Below are positions 1 through 9,720 of a DNA stretch of 40,682 bases, piece after piece. The notes under the pieces were generated by a model. That model was not told the origin of the DNA. It did no database searches and was given only the letters and a program-made list of their open reading frames with translations. Every line of letters starts with the position of its first letter. Position 1 is the first letter of the stretch. The translations under genes were made by a program, and so were the position numbers. Source of the stretch: Microcystaceae cyanobacterium (GTDB lineage Bacteria > Cyanobacteriota > Cyanobacteriia > Cyanobacteriales > Microcystaceae); contig JBGTGT010000107.1 in the NCBI GenBank assembly GCA_041746575.1, forward strand, positions 1 through 40,682, read 5' to 3'.

Positions 1-2
1 CC

Positions 3-110
3 AATGAACTAAAAAATCAACGAGACATTATCAAAAATTATATTAGCAGCATTTTTATAACAGTCAGACTTATTAATGAATCGGAGATTAATCAGGGTTT
101 GGCGGCATAA
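3..110 (+). CDS. Possible 3' end of a CDS entering from the left edge
   Basis: Frame 3 is open from base 3 to TAA at 108-110 (NELKNQRDIIKNYISSIFITVRLINESEINQGLAA*). Too short to identify. Confidence 0.3.
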   Translation, partial: NELKNQRDIIKNYISSIFITVRLINESEINQGLAA

Positions 111-139
111 ATTTTCTCAAAACTTTTTCAGCAAACCCT
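94..139. repeat. Short inverted-repeat element, like dispersed cyanobacterial repeats or a MITE remnant
   Basis: AGGGTTTG (94-101) pairs with CAAACCCT (132-139). The arm GGGTTTGCTGAAAAAGT resembles dispersed repeats of Chroococcales (recalled, not searched). Confidence 0.45.
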
Positions 140-232
140 AAATAGAGACTTATTGCCTTTATCTTTTTCTAAGTCTCCTGTCTCCTACCTTTGTAAAAAT
201 ATAAAAATCTCACCGCTAGAGCCTCAATTCAA

Positions 233-1411
233 TTAAGCTTGAAAGCGAATTTTAAGGTAATCTTCTTCCATTTTTGCCCCCGACGGTTTTAAGGCCGCTA
301 ACGCCTGAGGTAAAACTAAATTACGACGATGATTACCGATACGAATATTAAGTTCGTCCCCTGTTTTATTGAGTTGAATTTTTTCTTTGGGAATGCCGGG
401 TAAATAAAGCTCTAAACTATAACAATTCCTTTCTTGTTGGACAATCCGAATGGTATTCTCTTGATGATAAACTTGGGTGGGATCTTCATCGGCATAAAGG
501 GTTTCTTTTAACCGTTCTAGAGCCGCTAAACCACACATTTCCTCAGAAAATAAAGAAACTTCTTTCACAGGAAGAGGGTGAAAATTATCATAAATTTCTT
601 GTTTATAAATCGCTTGATTTTCTTTCCAACGTTGAAAGAAAGGATCATTGACCTCTTCAGGAATAATACGATTTGCAATCACTAAATCCGTTGAGACATT
701 ATATAAACTGAGATAAGCATGAGCGCGTAACGATTCTTTAATCACCATTTTTTCGGGATTAGTCACTAATCTCACTGAGGTTTGGCTATTATCCGTCAAA
801 ACTTTTTCTAATTCTTCAATTTGCTGATAAAACTCATAAGGCGCATCCATGACCTCTTTATCGGGTAAGGAGAATCCTGCAATGGGTTTAAAAAAAGGTT
901 CAACTAAGGGACGCAAGGCAACCGACATTCTTTGTAAAGGCTTGTAAAATCTTCTCATATACCACCCTCCCACTTCTGGAATACTCAGTAAGCGTAAGGC
1001 TGTTCCTGTCGGCGCAGAATCAATAATTAATACTTCGTAGTCGCCTTCGTCATAGTGACGTTTCATGCGTACTAAGCCAAAAATTTCATCCATACCCGGT
1101 AAAATGGCTAGTTCTTCTGCCTGCACGCCATCAAGTCCCCTTGCTTGTAAAACTTGAGTGATGTATCGTTTTACTGCCCCCCAGTTGCTTTCTAATTCCA
1201 TTAACGCGTCTAACTCCGCTCCCCAGAGATTGGGACGAATTTGATGAGGATCATGACCTAATTCAAGATCAAAGCTGTCTGCCAAAGAATGGGCGGGATC
1301 TGTGCTAAGAACAAGAGTTTTATGCCCTAATTCAGCACATCGTAGTCCAGTAGCCGCAGCAACGGAGGTTTTACCGACCCCTCCCTTACCAGTCATTAAA
1401 ATTACACGCAT
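233..1411 (-). CDS. ArsA/Get3(TRC40)-family ATPase with C-terminal HSP20-like domain
   Basis: Deviant Walker [18 protein letters not shown] and DSAPTG motifs; C-terminal LELYLPG...[18 protein letters not shown] crystallin-like segment. Confidence 0.93.
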   Translation of the reverse strand: MRVILMTGKGGVGKTSVAAATGLRCAELGHKTLVLSTDPAHSLADSFDLELGHDPHQIRPNLWGAELDALMELESNWGAVKRYITQVLQARGLDGVQAEELAILPGMDEIFGLVRMKRHYDEGDYEVLIIDSAPTGTALRLLSIPEVGGWYMRRFYKPLQRMSVALRPLVEPFFKPIAGFSLPDKEVMDAPYEFYQQIEELEKVLTDNSQTSVRLVTNPEKMVIKESLRAHAYLSLYNVSTDLVIANRIIPEEVNDPFFQRWKENQAIYKQEIYDNFHPLPVKEVSLFSEEMCGLAALERLKETLYADEDPTQVYHQENTIRIVQQERNCYSLELYLPGIPKEKIQLNKTGDELNIRIGNHRRNLVLPQALAALKPSGAKMEEDYLKIRFQA

Positions 1412-1446
1412 AGTTTGAATATCTGAGAAAAATTTACAATCCTTAA

Positions 1447-1851
1447 TTATTTATTATGAGGGATTTTGACAGACTTGGGTAAAAAATGTTGTTGAATAAC
1501 ATTCCGACGAGAACAATCCCAATAATCAATATGAGAGATAATCAAATTCTCTTCATTAAGGGTTAATTCACTATGACCGGGAATAGAGATACGTGGCTGC
1601 CACGGGACAGGCGTTGTCCAAAATAGCGTCCATTGGCTGTAAATAATATTATCTTGTTGTCGAATTTCTTTGAGATCTAAGTGTATTTCTTTCAACCACG
1701 TTTTTAGGGTTTGAATCATCGCTCGATAGCGTTTAATTCCCCTAAATTCAGTTAGAGGATCTCTGAAATAAACTTCCTCAGCATAAATGGTGTAAGTTTG
1801 GTTTTCGGGGAAGCGTTGATAATCAGCTTTAACAATTTCGATAATATCCAT
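1447..1851 (-). CDS. DUF2358 / SnoaL-like (NTF2 fold) protein
   Basis: [21 protein letters not shown]...[14 protein letters not shown]...HIDYWD pattern. ATG at 1851 preferred over TTG at 1860. Confidence 0.85.
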   Translation of the reverse strand: MDIIEIVKADYQRFPENQTYTIYAEEVYFRDPLTEFRGIKRYRAMIQTLKTWLKEIHLDLKEIRQQDNIIYSQWTLFWTTPVPWQPRISIPGHSELTLNEENLIISHIDYWDCSRRNVIQQHFLPKSVKIPHNK

Positions 1852-1922
1852 CGGGAACAAAGAATGAGGAAGAATCGGTCTTAGAGGTTGTTTATATTCC
1901 TAAGCTTAAGACCATCATAACC

Positions 1923-2150
1923 TTGTCTATCCAAATTATTCAGCCGACTCCCGGCTTAACGACGACACAGCGCATTCTTGAACAAATTAATTGTCATCCT
2001 CAAGGGGTGACAGTTCGGGAACTAAGCGAACAATTAAATCGTCCTCCTTCTATGATAAATTATTGCCTTAAGCTCTTAATTATTACTAAGCAAATACGAG
2101 CCAAACGAACGCTCTGTCCTCAACAATGGATTTATTATCCTGTTGGTTAA
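1923..2150 (+). CDS. Small winged helix-turn-helix protein
   Basis: RILEQINCHPQGVTVRELSEQLNRPPSMINYCLKLL has wHTH spacing; TTG start. Confidence 0.65.
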   Translation: MSIQIIQPTPGLTTTQRILEQINCHPQGVTVRELSEQLNRPPSMINYCLKLLIITKQIRAKRTLCPQQWIYYPVG

Positions 2151-2229
2151 AATTAAATTTGTCTTTTTTGTGGTTTCCTAAACTAAAAGTTGGGATGGAA
2201 GTAAGATTTAATCTTAATAAAAAATAGTG

Positions 2230-2260
2230 GTAGGGACATTTCATCAAACATCCCTACTTT
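2230..2260. terminator. Stem-loop between convergent genes
   Basis: GTAGGGA (2230-2236) pairs with TCCCTAC (2251-2257), followed by TTT. Confidence 0.5.
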
Positions 2261-2292
2261 GATTATACTGTGACCTTTGCCAGAAGATAAAT

Positions 2293-3324
2293 TCAAGCCA
2301 CAATCATCTGATGGTGTCCCCCATGATGACTCTCAAGCGGAGGAGCATCAGGAGAAATTAGAGGATTGGTTTCGCCAAAGACTCCGTATTCTCCCTGGTT
2401 GATAGAATTAATCCAAACGTGCATCATCTCAAAAGAAGGAAGAAACATCACATTGGCTTTAGGAATATCATTATAATCAAAGCCATTGCCTGTTTCTATA
2501 CCCCAAACCACTAATTCATTATTTGGATCGTTTTCGGTGGCGGCAATGTAACGTTCATACAATTCTTGGGGTGTTAAATTCTGCTCAAAGGTAACTTGGG
2601 TAGGATTTAATGGATCAAGATACTTAACTGCTACATTGTCATGTTGATGCCAATTTTCCTGATTGGGAGGGGAAAGTAAGGGATCGTCGGCAAATAAATC
2701 TGGAATATTCTGATATTCTGGAATGCCGAAACTAATCTCCTCATCTCCATCATTGGCAGAGGCAATAAAATTTGTCCAAAGTTCCTCAAGGTTATCAGGA
2801 GGAACAAGATAGAAAACACCAACAACGTTTCTTTCTAGTAAACTTTCTCCTCCGTAAGGTTCGACATTTAGACCAATATAGTCCAGATGCGTCAATTCTT
2901 CTTTCGGTTTTTCTAACACTTCTGCAAGACGACGCCAACTTGCCCAGTGTTCACCATGACCTTAAAAGGCAGGGGTAAAAGCTCCATACTGCTCGGATAA
3001 GATCGCTCTCACTAGACCAAATCTTGAAAAATAGGGGCGAGTTTCTTGATAAATTTCAGCAAGTTGTTGATCAAGAAGGGAAGATTCTTGTCCGAGATCG
3101 GCGATTGTTTCTTGAATATCAAGAATATCTACTTTTCCATCTGCATTCCGATCAAAAATAGCATCATTTCTGCCGAAAATACTTTGAATGGCCGCTATCT
3201 GAACGAGAAAAACATCTTTAAAATTAACCTTCCCATCTCCATTAAAATCTGATGTGAGCAAAATACTAGATGCGCTATTTAATAAATTTGCATCTGAAGC
3301 TAAATTGACTGATGCAATGTCCAT
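2293..3324 (-). pseudogene. Dockerin-like (paired Ca-binding loops) plus His-motif domain protein, interrupted by one in-frame TAA at 2962-2964
   Basis: ORFs 2962..3324 and 2293..2919 are in the same frame and read ...FTPAF*GHGEHWASWRRLAEVLEKPK... RBS AGGAGG precedes ATG 3324. Loops DFNGDGKVNFKD and DRNADGKVDILD. Confidence 0.8.
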
Positions 3325-3525
3325 TTTTTACCTCCTAACTGAATTCAGATGTTAGGGTTTCATAACCTAATGACTCAAGTGTAACAAAGTCTCTTAAAAA
3401 GACTGTTAACATTTGTTGATCTCATTTAAGCTCTTGAAAAACTTAATATAAGTTGGCCATGATACAGTTTTGGGTCACCTTCAAGACGAAAATGATGATA
3501 GACTGCTCAACTGGGATAAACAGCC

Positions 3526-5223
3526 ATGAAACCCTCAATTATTGTCTGTGGTTTAGGTCAAACCGGATACCAAATCTTTTGTTTATTGAAACAGCAGGGG
3601 GCGACCGTAGTCGGCATGAGCGATCGCCCTCTACACAGTGAATATCGAGAAGACATTGTGGTGGGTAATCTGCGATCTTCTGCCCTTTTGCATCAAGCTG
3701 GGGTGCAATTTGCCCAAACCCTTGTTCTAGCGAACAGTGATGATGCGATCAATTTGGCTGTTTTAACACAAGCCAAGTTAATGAACCCTCGTATTCGGGT
3801 GGTCAATCGCTTACGCAACCAAACACTTGGGGAAAGATTAGATAGCACCTTAACCGATCATGTGAGTATGAGTGTCTGTGCCTTAGCCGCACCGATTTTT
3901 GCCTTCGCGGCCTTAGGCAGTAAAGCCATTGGTCAACTGCAACTCTTCAATCAAACTTGGCCCCTACAAGAAGTGATAATTGATGAAAATCATCCTTGGT
4001 TAAGCCTAAAATTGAGCGATTTATGGGATAATTCGTCCCGAATGCTGATTTATTACTTACCGGCGAGGGGAGAAATTGATTTAGTGACAGCCGTAATGGA
4101 AGACAAAGTTCTAGCAGTGGGAGACCATCTCATTGTCGGGATTCAACCGATGATTCGCAGTCGCAGACGTTCTGTGTGGGCTAAATTTTCAAAGATTACG
4201 GGTAATCTACGGCAATATCAACGGTATGTGCGTCCCGTTGTTTTTGTTTCCCTTTTTTTATTACTCTTAATTTTTATTGCAACCTTTACCTATGTCTGTG
4301 TCAATTTTCAAGTCTCGGTGGTGGACGCCCTTTACTTCTCCGTGGGAATGATTACAGGGGCAGGGGGACAAGAACAAGTTGCCGAAAAAGCCCCCGATAG
4401 TATTAAAATTTTTACGGCAATCATGATGATTCTCGGTGCGGGAGTGATTGGCATTTGTTATGCTTTATTGAACGATTTTATTTTAGGTAGTCGTTTTAAG
4501 CAGTTTATTGATGCCGCTCGGGTTCCCACTCGTCATCACTACATTATTTGTGGACTGGGAAGTATGGGCATCGAAATTATCCGTCAACTGCACTATCATG
4601 GCCATGATATGGTCGTCATTGAATCAGATAGTCATAACCGTTTTTTACATACGGCGCGATCGCTCGGCGTTCCTGTGATTGTCGAAGATGCCAGTCTAGC
4701 CACCACCCTCAAGGCGGCCAATATTCAGCAAGCGACGGCAATTTTAGTGGTAACCAGTAATGATATGGTCAACGTGGAGATCGGGCTGACAGCAAAAGCC
4801 ATTTCTCCCCGAATTCCCGTGGTTTTACGCTCCCAAGATGCTCAGATGGCTCAATCTGTCCAAGAGGTATTTGAGTTTGAAACGGTGCTGTGTCCAACGG
4901 AATTAGCGACGCCTTCCTTTGCGGCGGCGGCCTTGGGGGGCAAGATTTTAGGCAATGGTATGACCAATGAATTATTGTGGATTGCGCTTGCGACCTTAAT
5001 TACCCCCAATCATCCCTTTTGTAATAGAATCGTCAAAAAAGCGGCACCAGAAGCAGATTTTGTGCCTCTGTATCTAGAAAGAGGTGATTATACTATCCAC
5101 AGTTGGCAATTATTAGAAATAACACTAAAAGTAGGAGACGTATTGTATCTAACCCTTCCCGCCACCGGTTTAGAACAATTATGGCGATCTAAAGGAGCAG
5201 ACGGCATTTTAGATATTGTCTGA
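3526..5223 (+). CDS. Potassium-channel family protein with two TrkA-N (RCK) domains
   Basis: IIVCGLGQTG and IICGLGSMG Rossmann motifs flank a 2-TM pore module (DALYFSVGMITGAGG). Confidence 0.9.
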   Translation: MKPSIIVCGLGQTGYQIFCLLKQQGATVVGMSDRPLHSEYREDIVVGNLRSSALLHQAGVQFAQTLVLANSDDAINLAVLTQAKLMNPRIRVVNRLRNQTLGERLDSTLTDHVSMSVCALAAPIFAFAALGSKAIGQLQLFNQTWPLQEVIIDENHPWLSLKLSDLWDNSSRMLIYYLPARGEIDLVTAVMEDKVLAVGDHLIVGIQPMIRSRRRSVWAKFSKITGNLRQYQRYVRPVVFVSLFLLLLIFIATFTYVCVNFQVSVVDALYFSVGMITGAGGQEQVAEKAPDSIKIFTAIMMILGAGVIGICYALLNDFILGSRFKQFIDAARVPTRHHYIICGLGSMGIEIIRQLHYHGHDMVVIESDSHNRFLHTARSLGVPVIVEDASLATTLKAANIQQATAILVVTSNDMVNVEIGLTAKAISPRIPVVLRSQDAQMAQSVQEVFEFETVLCPTELATPSFAAAALGGKILGNGMTNELLWIALATLITPNHPFCNRIVKKAAPEADFVPLYLERGDYTIHSWQLLEITLKVGDVLYLTLPATGLEQLWRSKGADGILDIV

Positions 5224-5271
5224 ATTATTTTAGGCTGAAAGAAGAAATCCAAAACGCGGGTCACCCCTCAG

Positions 5272-5537
5272 TCACTCCACCGTCTCAATGCTGGGTGGTT
5301 TCCACGTCCCTTGACCAACAGCATACTCGTACATCACCACATCATTCATCAAAATGGGCAAGCCATAGATGAATCCTGCTTCGGCGATCGCTTTGGTTTC
5401 CTCAAGGGGGGGCATTTTGATATTCTCATTGGAATGGGTAATCGATTGCGCTACTACTGGGTGTATTCGATCATTAGGGTTGCGGCAATGGCAACAGAAA
5501 GCAGACCGATAGCCAATTGGGATTTCGGTAAGTCCAT
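5272..5537 (-). pseudogene. Internally deleted, frameshifted DUF1254/DUF1214 gene remnant
   Basis: Signal-like MDLPKSQLAIGLLSVAIAATLMI, frameshift near 5460-5470, then PVVAQ...ETKAIAEAGFIYGLPILMNDVVMYEYAV joined directly to GQGTWKPPSIETVE*. The tail matches the C-terminus of the 23998 remnant. Confidence 0.8.
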
Positions 5538-5625
5538 AGGGTTTTTATCTGAAAAGACATCAACTGAGAATTGTCGATGGTAGATTTCTGCGGTCTTTAA
5601 TCTAAAATCTTTGGTCAAAGGAAAA

Positions 5626-6105
5626 TTAACGACAACCGACAACAGAAGCAGTATAAGTTTTGCCTAACGATTCAATTCCATTGACAAACAAATTAACTTG
5701 ATAAGGTTCATCTTCAGGAACGGGTTGCGCTTCAATTTTGAGAGGTTTATCAGGCTGAAATCTTACCGCTTCATTGTTGAAAAATTCATCGGACGTTTGA
5801 TCGCTGTATTTGAGATACATTCTAATTTCGAAAGATCCTTCGTCATTGGAAGTCAGTGTCACAATATAACGACGAAAACTGACATCTCCCGGCACAGCCC
5901 AATCCGTATTCCAGTTATTTCGAGTGACATCAACGCCAACCATTCCTAAAGGACCCGCCGGAACAGTAGGAGGAGAAACGGTCTTCGTGACTGTATTTCC
6001 CTCTCCACCAACAACGGGAATAGGCGTACAGGTTTCGGCTTGAACGGGTAGATTTAAGCTCAAAAAAGCTGTCAAAAGAGATAAGTTAATAAAACGATAA
6101 AACAC
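5626..6105 (-). CDS. Exported hypothetical protein (beta-rich, Cys at both mature termini)
   Basis: GTG start; signal peptide ending VQA-E; ETC...GCR Cys pair; co-oriented in the gene run. Confidence 0.8.
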   Translation of the reverse strand: MFYRFINLSLLTAFLSLNLPVQAETCTPIPVVGGEGNTVTKTVSPPTVPAGPLGMVGVDVTRNNWNTDWAVPGDVSFRRYIVTLTSNDEGSFEIRMYLKYSDQTSDEFFNNEAVRFQPDKPLKIEAQPVPEDEPYQVNLFVNGIESLGKTYTASVVGCR

Positions 6106-6144
6106 AGTGTTTTCCTAATAGTTAATGATCGATAATTTTCCATT

Positions 6145-6516
6145 TTAAGGAAACTTAATTTGCACTTCCCCTTCAGGCGGAGGAGTGGATACGTTATCCC
6201 CATCCCCGACTGGAGAAGAGGGAACTTCCTGTACTTTTGGTGCGCGGGGATTGTTTTGTTCAATATTAAGTTCTTGCTCTAGTTTTTCTTCTTCTTGTTG
6301 TCTCCCTTGTTGAGGCGATTCATTCTCAAGGTTCTGCGTTTCTTGCTCCATTTCTTGATCCCCTTCATTAAAAAATTCTTCTGCATCCCCTCCTCGAGCT
6401 TGAGCAAAGACGGGAGAAAATAACTGAGTCATTAGGGTTAATCCGATAAGCGGTATTAAGAAGAAAAAGATTTTATCTATTAATCTTTTAGGTAGTTTAA
6501 GGGTTAGAATCATCAT
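6145..6516 (-). CDS. Small exported acidic Q/E-rich protein
   Basis: Signal peptide ending VFA-Q; low-complexity acidic mature part; similar to 11382..11717. Confidence 0.7.
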   Translation of the reverse strand: MMILTLKLPKRLIDKIFFFLIPLIGLTLMTQLFSPVFAQARGGDAEEFFNEGDQEMEQETQNLENESPQQGRQQEEEKLEQELNIEQNNPRAPKVQEVPSSPVGDGDNVSTPPPEGEVQIKFP

Positions 6517-6539
6517 TTGACTTGTCCTCTGTGAGTGAG

Positions 6540-7091
6540 TTAATAATTCTGATAAAAAGTAAGCCGTCCTACACCCATATCTAAACCCGTCGGATTCTCC
6601 CCTGCTGGAAAAGTGGTGACACTGAAAAGATAAACGCCGCTACTCGAAGGATTTTGCTTGGCATCAAGACGAATCGTAAAAGTCGTTCCGGGGGGAATCG
6701 GGGGATTAAAAACAATGGCAACAGCTTGAGTTTTAGAGTCTTGCGTGGTTGTAAAGGTTAAGGTTTGTTTAGGATTTCTTTGAGTCCCGATAAAAGCGTG
6801 AGTATTGTCTAAATTAAACTTAATCGTATCAACATTTTCTTGTTGTTGAATGGTTACTTTTCCCAAAGATTCAACTGAATTTGTCGGAAGATTAAACACG
6901 AAATAATAATGAGCGTTCGGCCAATTTGTCCAACTCTCAAGCGTTTCCGCACTAATTAACGTGGGGGGTTGTCCTGTAAAAAAGGTACTGTTTTCAGGGA
7001 GTTGAACCGTTTGTCCAAGGCAAATAGATGGAAATAAATTAACACTCCCAACCGCTAAGATTGCTAAAGAAAACCGACGTATTTTGATCAT
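6540..7091 (-). CDS. DUF2808 domain exported protein
   Basis: TFFTGQPPTL...YYF...LGKVTIQQ...FNPPIPPG...NPSSSGVYLFSVTTFPAGENP...GVGRLTFY. Confidence 0.88.
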   Translation of the reverse strand: MIKIRRFSLAILAVGSVNLFPSICLGQTVQLPENSTFFTGQPPTLISAETLESWTNWPNAHYYFVFNLPTNSVESLGKVTIQQQENVDTIKFNLDNTHAFIGTQRNPKQTLTFTTTQDSKTQAVAIVFNPPIPPGTTFTIRLDAKQNPSSSGVYLFSVTTFPAGENPTGLDMGVGRLTFYQNY

Positions 7092-7129
7092 AAATTTTAG
7101 TCCTTGTATTTAAATGGTTAACGAATGAT

Positions 7130-7810
7130 TTAGCGAACTTTCATAATTTCAGGAACAAGAGAATTAACAATAATATTTGATAAACCTGTAATCATAAATT
7201 GAACTCCCATCGAGGCAACTAATAAACCCAAAATGCGAGTGACAATATTAAGTCCGACCTCTCCGACAACTTTTTGCAACCAGCGACCAGCCAGTAAAAT
7301 AACGAAATTTAAAGCACAAATGGCAAAAATTGTGACTACGAAGCCGAAAAATAAGGCCCCATCTTTTTTGTTCTCTGCTTCACTGGCATAGAGTATCACA
7401 TTCGCAATCACTCCCGGTCCCACTAACAACGGTATAGCAAGGGGAATAACAATTTTGCGATAGACCAACTGAGCGGCTCGAAAGTCACTGGTTTGGGCTT
7501 CAGAAGCTAAATTCTTAGCGGATTTACTAGAATCACCATTAACAATGCTAATACCGATGATTAGTAATAGAATACCGCCTGCAATGCGAAAGGAATCTAA
7601 AGAAATGCCAAAAAATTTAAGGAGGGATGAACCTGTAAAGAAAAATAACAACAGCAACATCAAAACGGTTAAGGATACAAATAAAGCTAACCATCGTTGA
7701 ACACTGCGCTTTTCTCCGGCAACATAACCAACGAAAATAGGCATCACGCCCAAAGAGTTTAAGAGGGCAAATAGACTGGCGGCAAAATTACTAATTAGAA
7801 GTTTATTCAT
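7130..7810 (-). CDS. MarC family integral membrane protein
   Basis: FGISLDSFRIAGGILL, IPLAIPLLVGPG and TRILGLLVASMGVQF motifs. Confidence 0.93.
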   Translation of the reverse strand: MNKLLISNFAASLFALLNSLGVMPIFVGYVAGEKRSVQRWLALFVSLTVLMLLLLFFFTGSSLLKFFGISLDSFRIAGGILLLIIGISIVNGDSSKSAKNLASEAQTSDFRAAQLVYRKIVIPLAIPLLVGPGVIANVILYASEAENKKDGALFFGFVVTIFAICALNFVILLAGRWLQKVVGEVGLNIVTRILGLLVASMGVQFMITGLSNIIVNSLVPEIMKVR

Positions 7811-7850
7811 TGTTTTTGATTATATATAAAATTAATTAAAGAAATTGAGC

Positions 7851-8450
7851 TTAGAGTAAATTGCCGATCAATCCGAACGTGATCGCTATAATTGAAACCG
7901 AGAGAATATAAGAAAGAAGACCGTGAGTAGCAATAAGTTGACGCATAGCAGTCGTCGTGACGGTTGTGTCTGAGGTTTGATAGCAAGCTGCCATACAAAA
8001 TCCTTCATAAAGAAATTCTGTCCAATGGGGTTGGGAACAATCCGGAAAATTGAGTCCTTTGCCATCGAAGTAGTAACGGAGAGCATATTGCTCACTGTAG
8101 ATAAACTGTACCATCAACCAAGCACAGATAATGCCCAAAAAACCCAAAGCAAAATGAAAGGTAGCGTGTTCGGCAGAAACCAGATAAATAAGAAGTCCAT
8201 AACTACTCATTGTATAAAGAAAAGATTCAGCAAACGCTCTTTTGGGATTAGGACGATAGTGTTGTATGAGTTGCCATGGTACAAACTGTTGAATTTTGCG
8301 GAATAAGAACAAAATTCCCACCAATAAAGCACAGAGGAAAGCAACTACCAGACGGGTATTGAGGGGGATAGGCAGTATTAATATTCCGATTCCTACGATT
8401 GACTGGCATAACCAACGAATTTTCACGGATTTTTTTCTCCATTTCCCCAT
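7851..8450 (-). CDS. DUF1345 family membrane protein
   Basis: YALRYY...GLNFP...PHWTEFLY...YQTSDTTVTTTAMRQLIATHGLLSY. Confidence 0.85.
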   Translation of the reverse strand: MGKWRKKSVKIRWLCQSIVGIGILILPIPLNTRLVVAFLCALLVGILFLFRKIQQFVPWQLIQHYRPNPKRAFAESFLYTMSSYGLLIYLVSAEHATFHFALGFLGIICAWLMVQFIYSEQYALRYYFDGKGLNFPDCSQPHWTEFLYEGFCMAACYQTSDTTVTTTAMRQLIATHGLLSYILSVSIIAITFGLIGNLL

Positions 8451-8457
8451 CTTCTTT

Positions 8458-8973
8458 TTACTCAGTCAATCTAGAAGCCGGAACTTCAACCGAAAAATCG
8501 CCACATTGTAGAGCAAGTTTCGTAGGATTAGCTAAATCTGTGCCTCTGACTAATTGAGGGTCAGCCGGACGAATTTGCCCTGTTTCGGTATTTTCGCAGA
8601 TAATTGTGGTAATTTCAGGATTTTGATTGGGTGTAATAAATGCCCCACCAACATAGGCTTTCAATTCACCTTTCAGAGAAGATTGCGCCGGAATAACGTA
8701 GCTGTAAGCGGCTTCTGAGGTGGTACGAACGGCATAATCAAAAGTAGTAGGTAACGTAATCTCAAAATCTCGTTTAATATCTTCAATGGGAGCGCGAAAC
8801 TTGCCATTTTTTTGATAATAAGTCCGTTGTCCTTCGGTCATTTTAGCCACCACCTGCAAGGCAGTATTTTGATCTCGGTCAGATTGGTCTTGTGCTTGAG
8901 TCGTTAAACTGAATCCGACGATTCCAGTTCCTAATAAAAGAATAGCGATCGCTCTCTCAATAGGGTGTTTCAT
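8458..8973 (-). CDS. Type IV pilin-like G/H domain protein with an ordinary signal peptide
   Basis: MTEGQRTYYQKNGKF...YAV...LKAYVGGAF...TIICE...C pattern. N-terminus is Sec-like (AQA-Q), with no G-F-x-x-x-E prepilin site. Confidence 0.7.
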   Translation of the reverse strand: MKHPIERAIAILLLGTGIVGFSLTTQAQDQSDRDQNTALQVVAKMTEGQRTYYQKNGKFRAPIEDIKRDFEITLPTTFDYAVRTTSEAAYSYVIPAQSSLKGELKAYVGGAFITPNQNPEITTIICENTETGQIRPADPQLVRGTDLANPTKLALQCGDFSVEVPASRLTE

Positions 8974-9017
8974 TGCTTACATTCCTCGTTAAAAAGTATT
9001 GAATTTGAAATTTTTAT

Positions 9018-9689
9018 CTAAGCAGGAGTACTATACAAAGAGACTAATCTAGCAACAATTACGGTTAAATAAACGGCTCCTGCCATTGCTTCAAAGTTTG
9101 CCAAAACCATCACCCATTTTCCTGTTGGAATAATACCACCGTAACCAACAGTTGTCAAGGTAATTAAACTAAAATACATTGCTAAATTCCAAGGCTTCAA
9201 TTCATATTCTCTTAAATCACTAATTTGAAAAGAATGGGGACTAAGTTGCCAAATGATGAAATAGATAAATGACCATATAATACCAATAAAAAGGTAGGAA
9301 ATAATGGCTGAAACAATTGTATTATTGGTTACTTTTTGTCGGCGTGCCAATATTTTAATGGTGATCAGCCACTCGTATCCGAAAACAAGAACTTTAATAA
9401 AGACCGCAGTAACCAAGAAAAAACGATTCAAAAGAGAAATCCACTTAAAGTGGAACATAACATCAGACAGAAAAGCAATTAGAATTAAAATAATTAAAAC
9501 TCTTAATTTTCTAGTGGAGTAAACATAGTCGTGATTGTAAAAATGTCTTAAAGACATTAATAGTATTGTGACTAGAAAAATTACATTTACAAAAAATAAT
9601 TCTATTGTATTTTCACCAACAATAGCGAGAGTGACACCAATCACGGTAAGTGTCAAAATCACATAAGGATTTGTCCATCTTTTGAGCAT
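9018..9689 (-). CDS. Potassium channel family protein (Ion_trans_2)
   Basis: Canonical filter YFSLITLTTVGYG; EAMAGAVYLTVIVARLV inner helix. Confidence 0.9.
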   Translation of the reverse strand: MLKRWTNPYVILTLTVIGVTLAIVGENTIELFFVNVIFLVTILLMSLRHFYNHDYVYSTRKLRVLIILILIAFLSDVMFHFKWISLLNRFFLVTAVFIKVLVFGYEWLITIKILARRQKVTNNTIVSAIISYLFIGIIWSFIYFIIWQLSPHSFQISDLREYELKPWNLAMYFSLITLTTVGYGGIIPTGKWVMVLANFEAMAGAVYLTVIVARLVSLYSTPA

Positions 9690-9720
9690 ACATTATCTTT
9701 ATTAGTGTCAGTTTAGCAAT

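Noticed and set aside
233..1411. Arsenic-resistance (arsA) call
   Set aside because: Single ATPase domain with an HSP20-like tail and no arsB, arsC, arsD or arsR nearby. It fits the Get3-like class better.
2962..2964. Programmed recoding (Sec/Pyl) at the internal stop
   Set aside because: The codon is TAA, not TGA or TAG. A nonsense mutation or sequencing error is simpler.
5311..5583. Plus-strand 90-aa ORF and minus-strand 5454..5642 ORF
   Set aside because: Both are explained as the antisense or partial frame of the DUF1254 remnant at 5272-5537.
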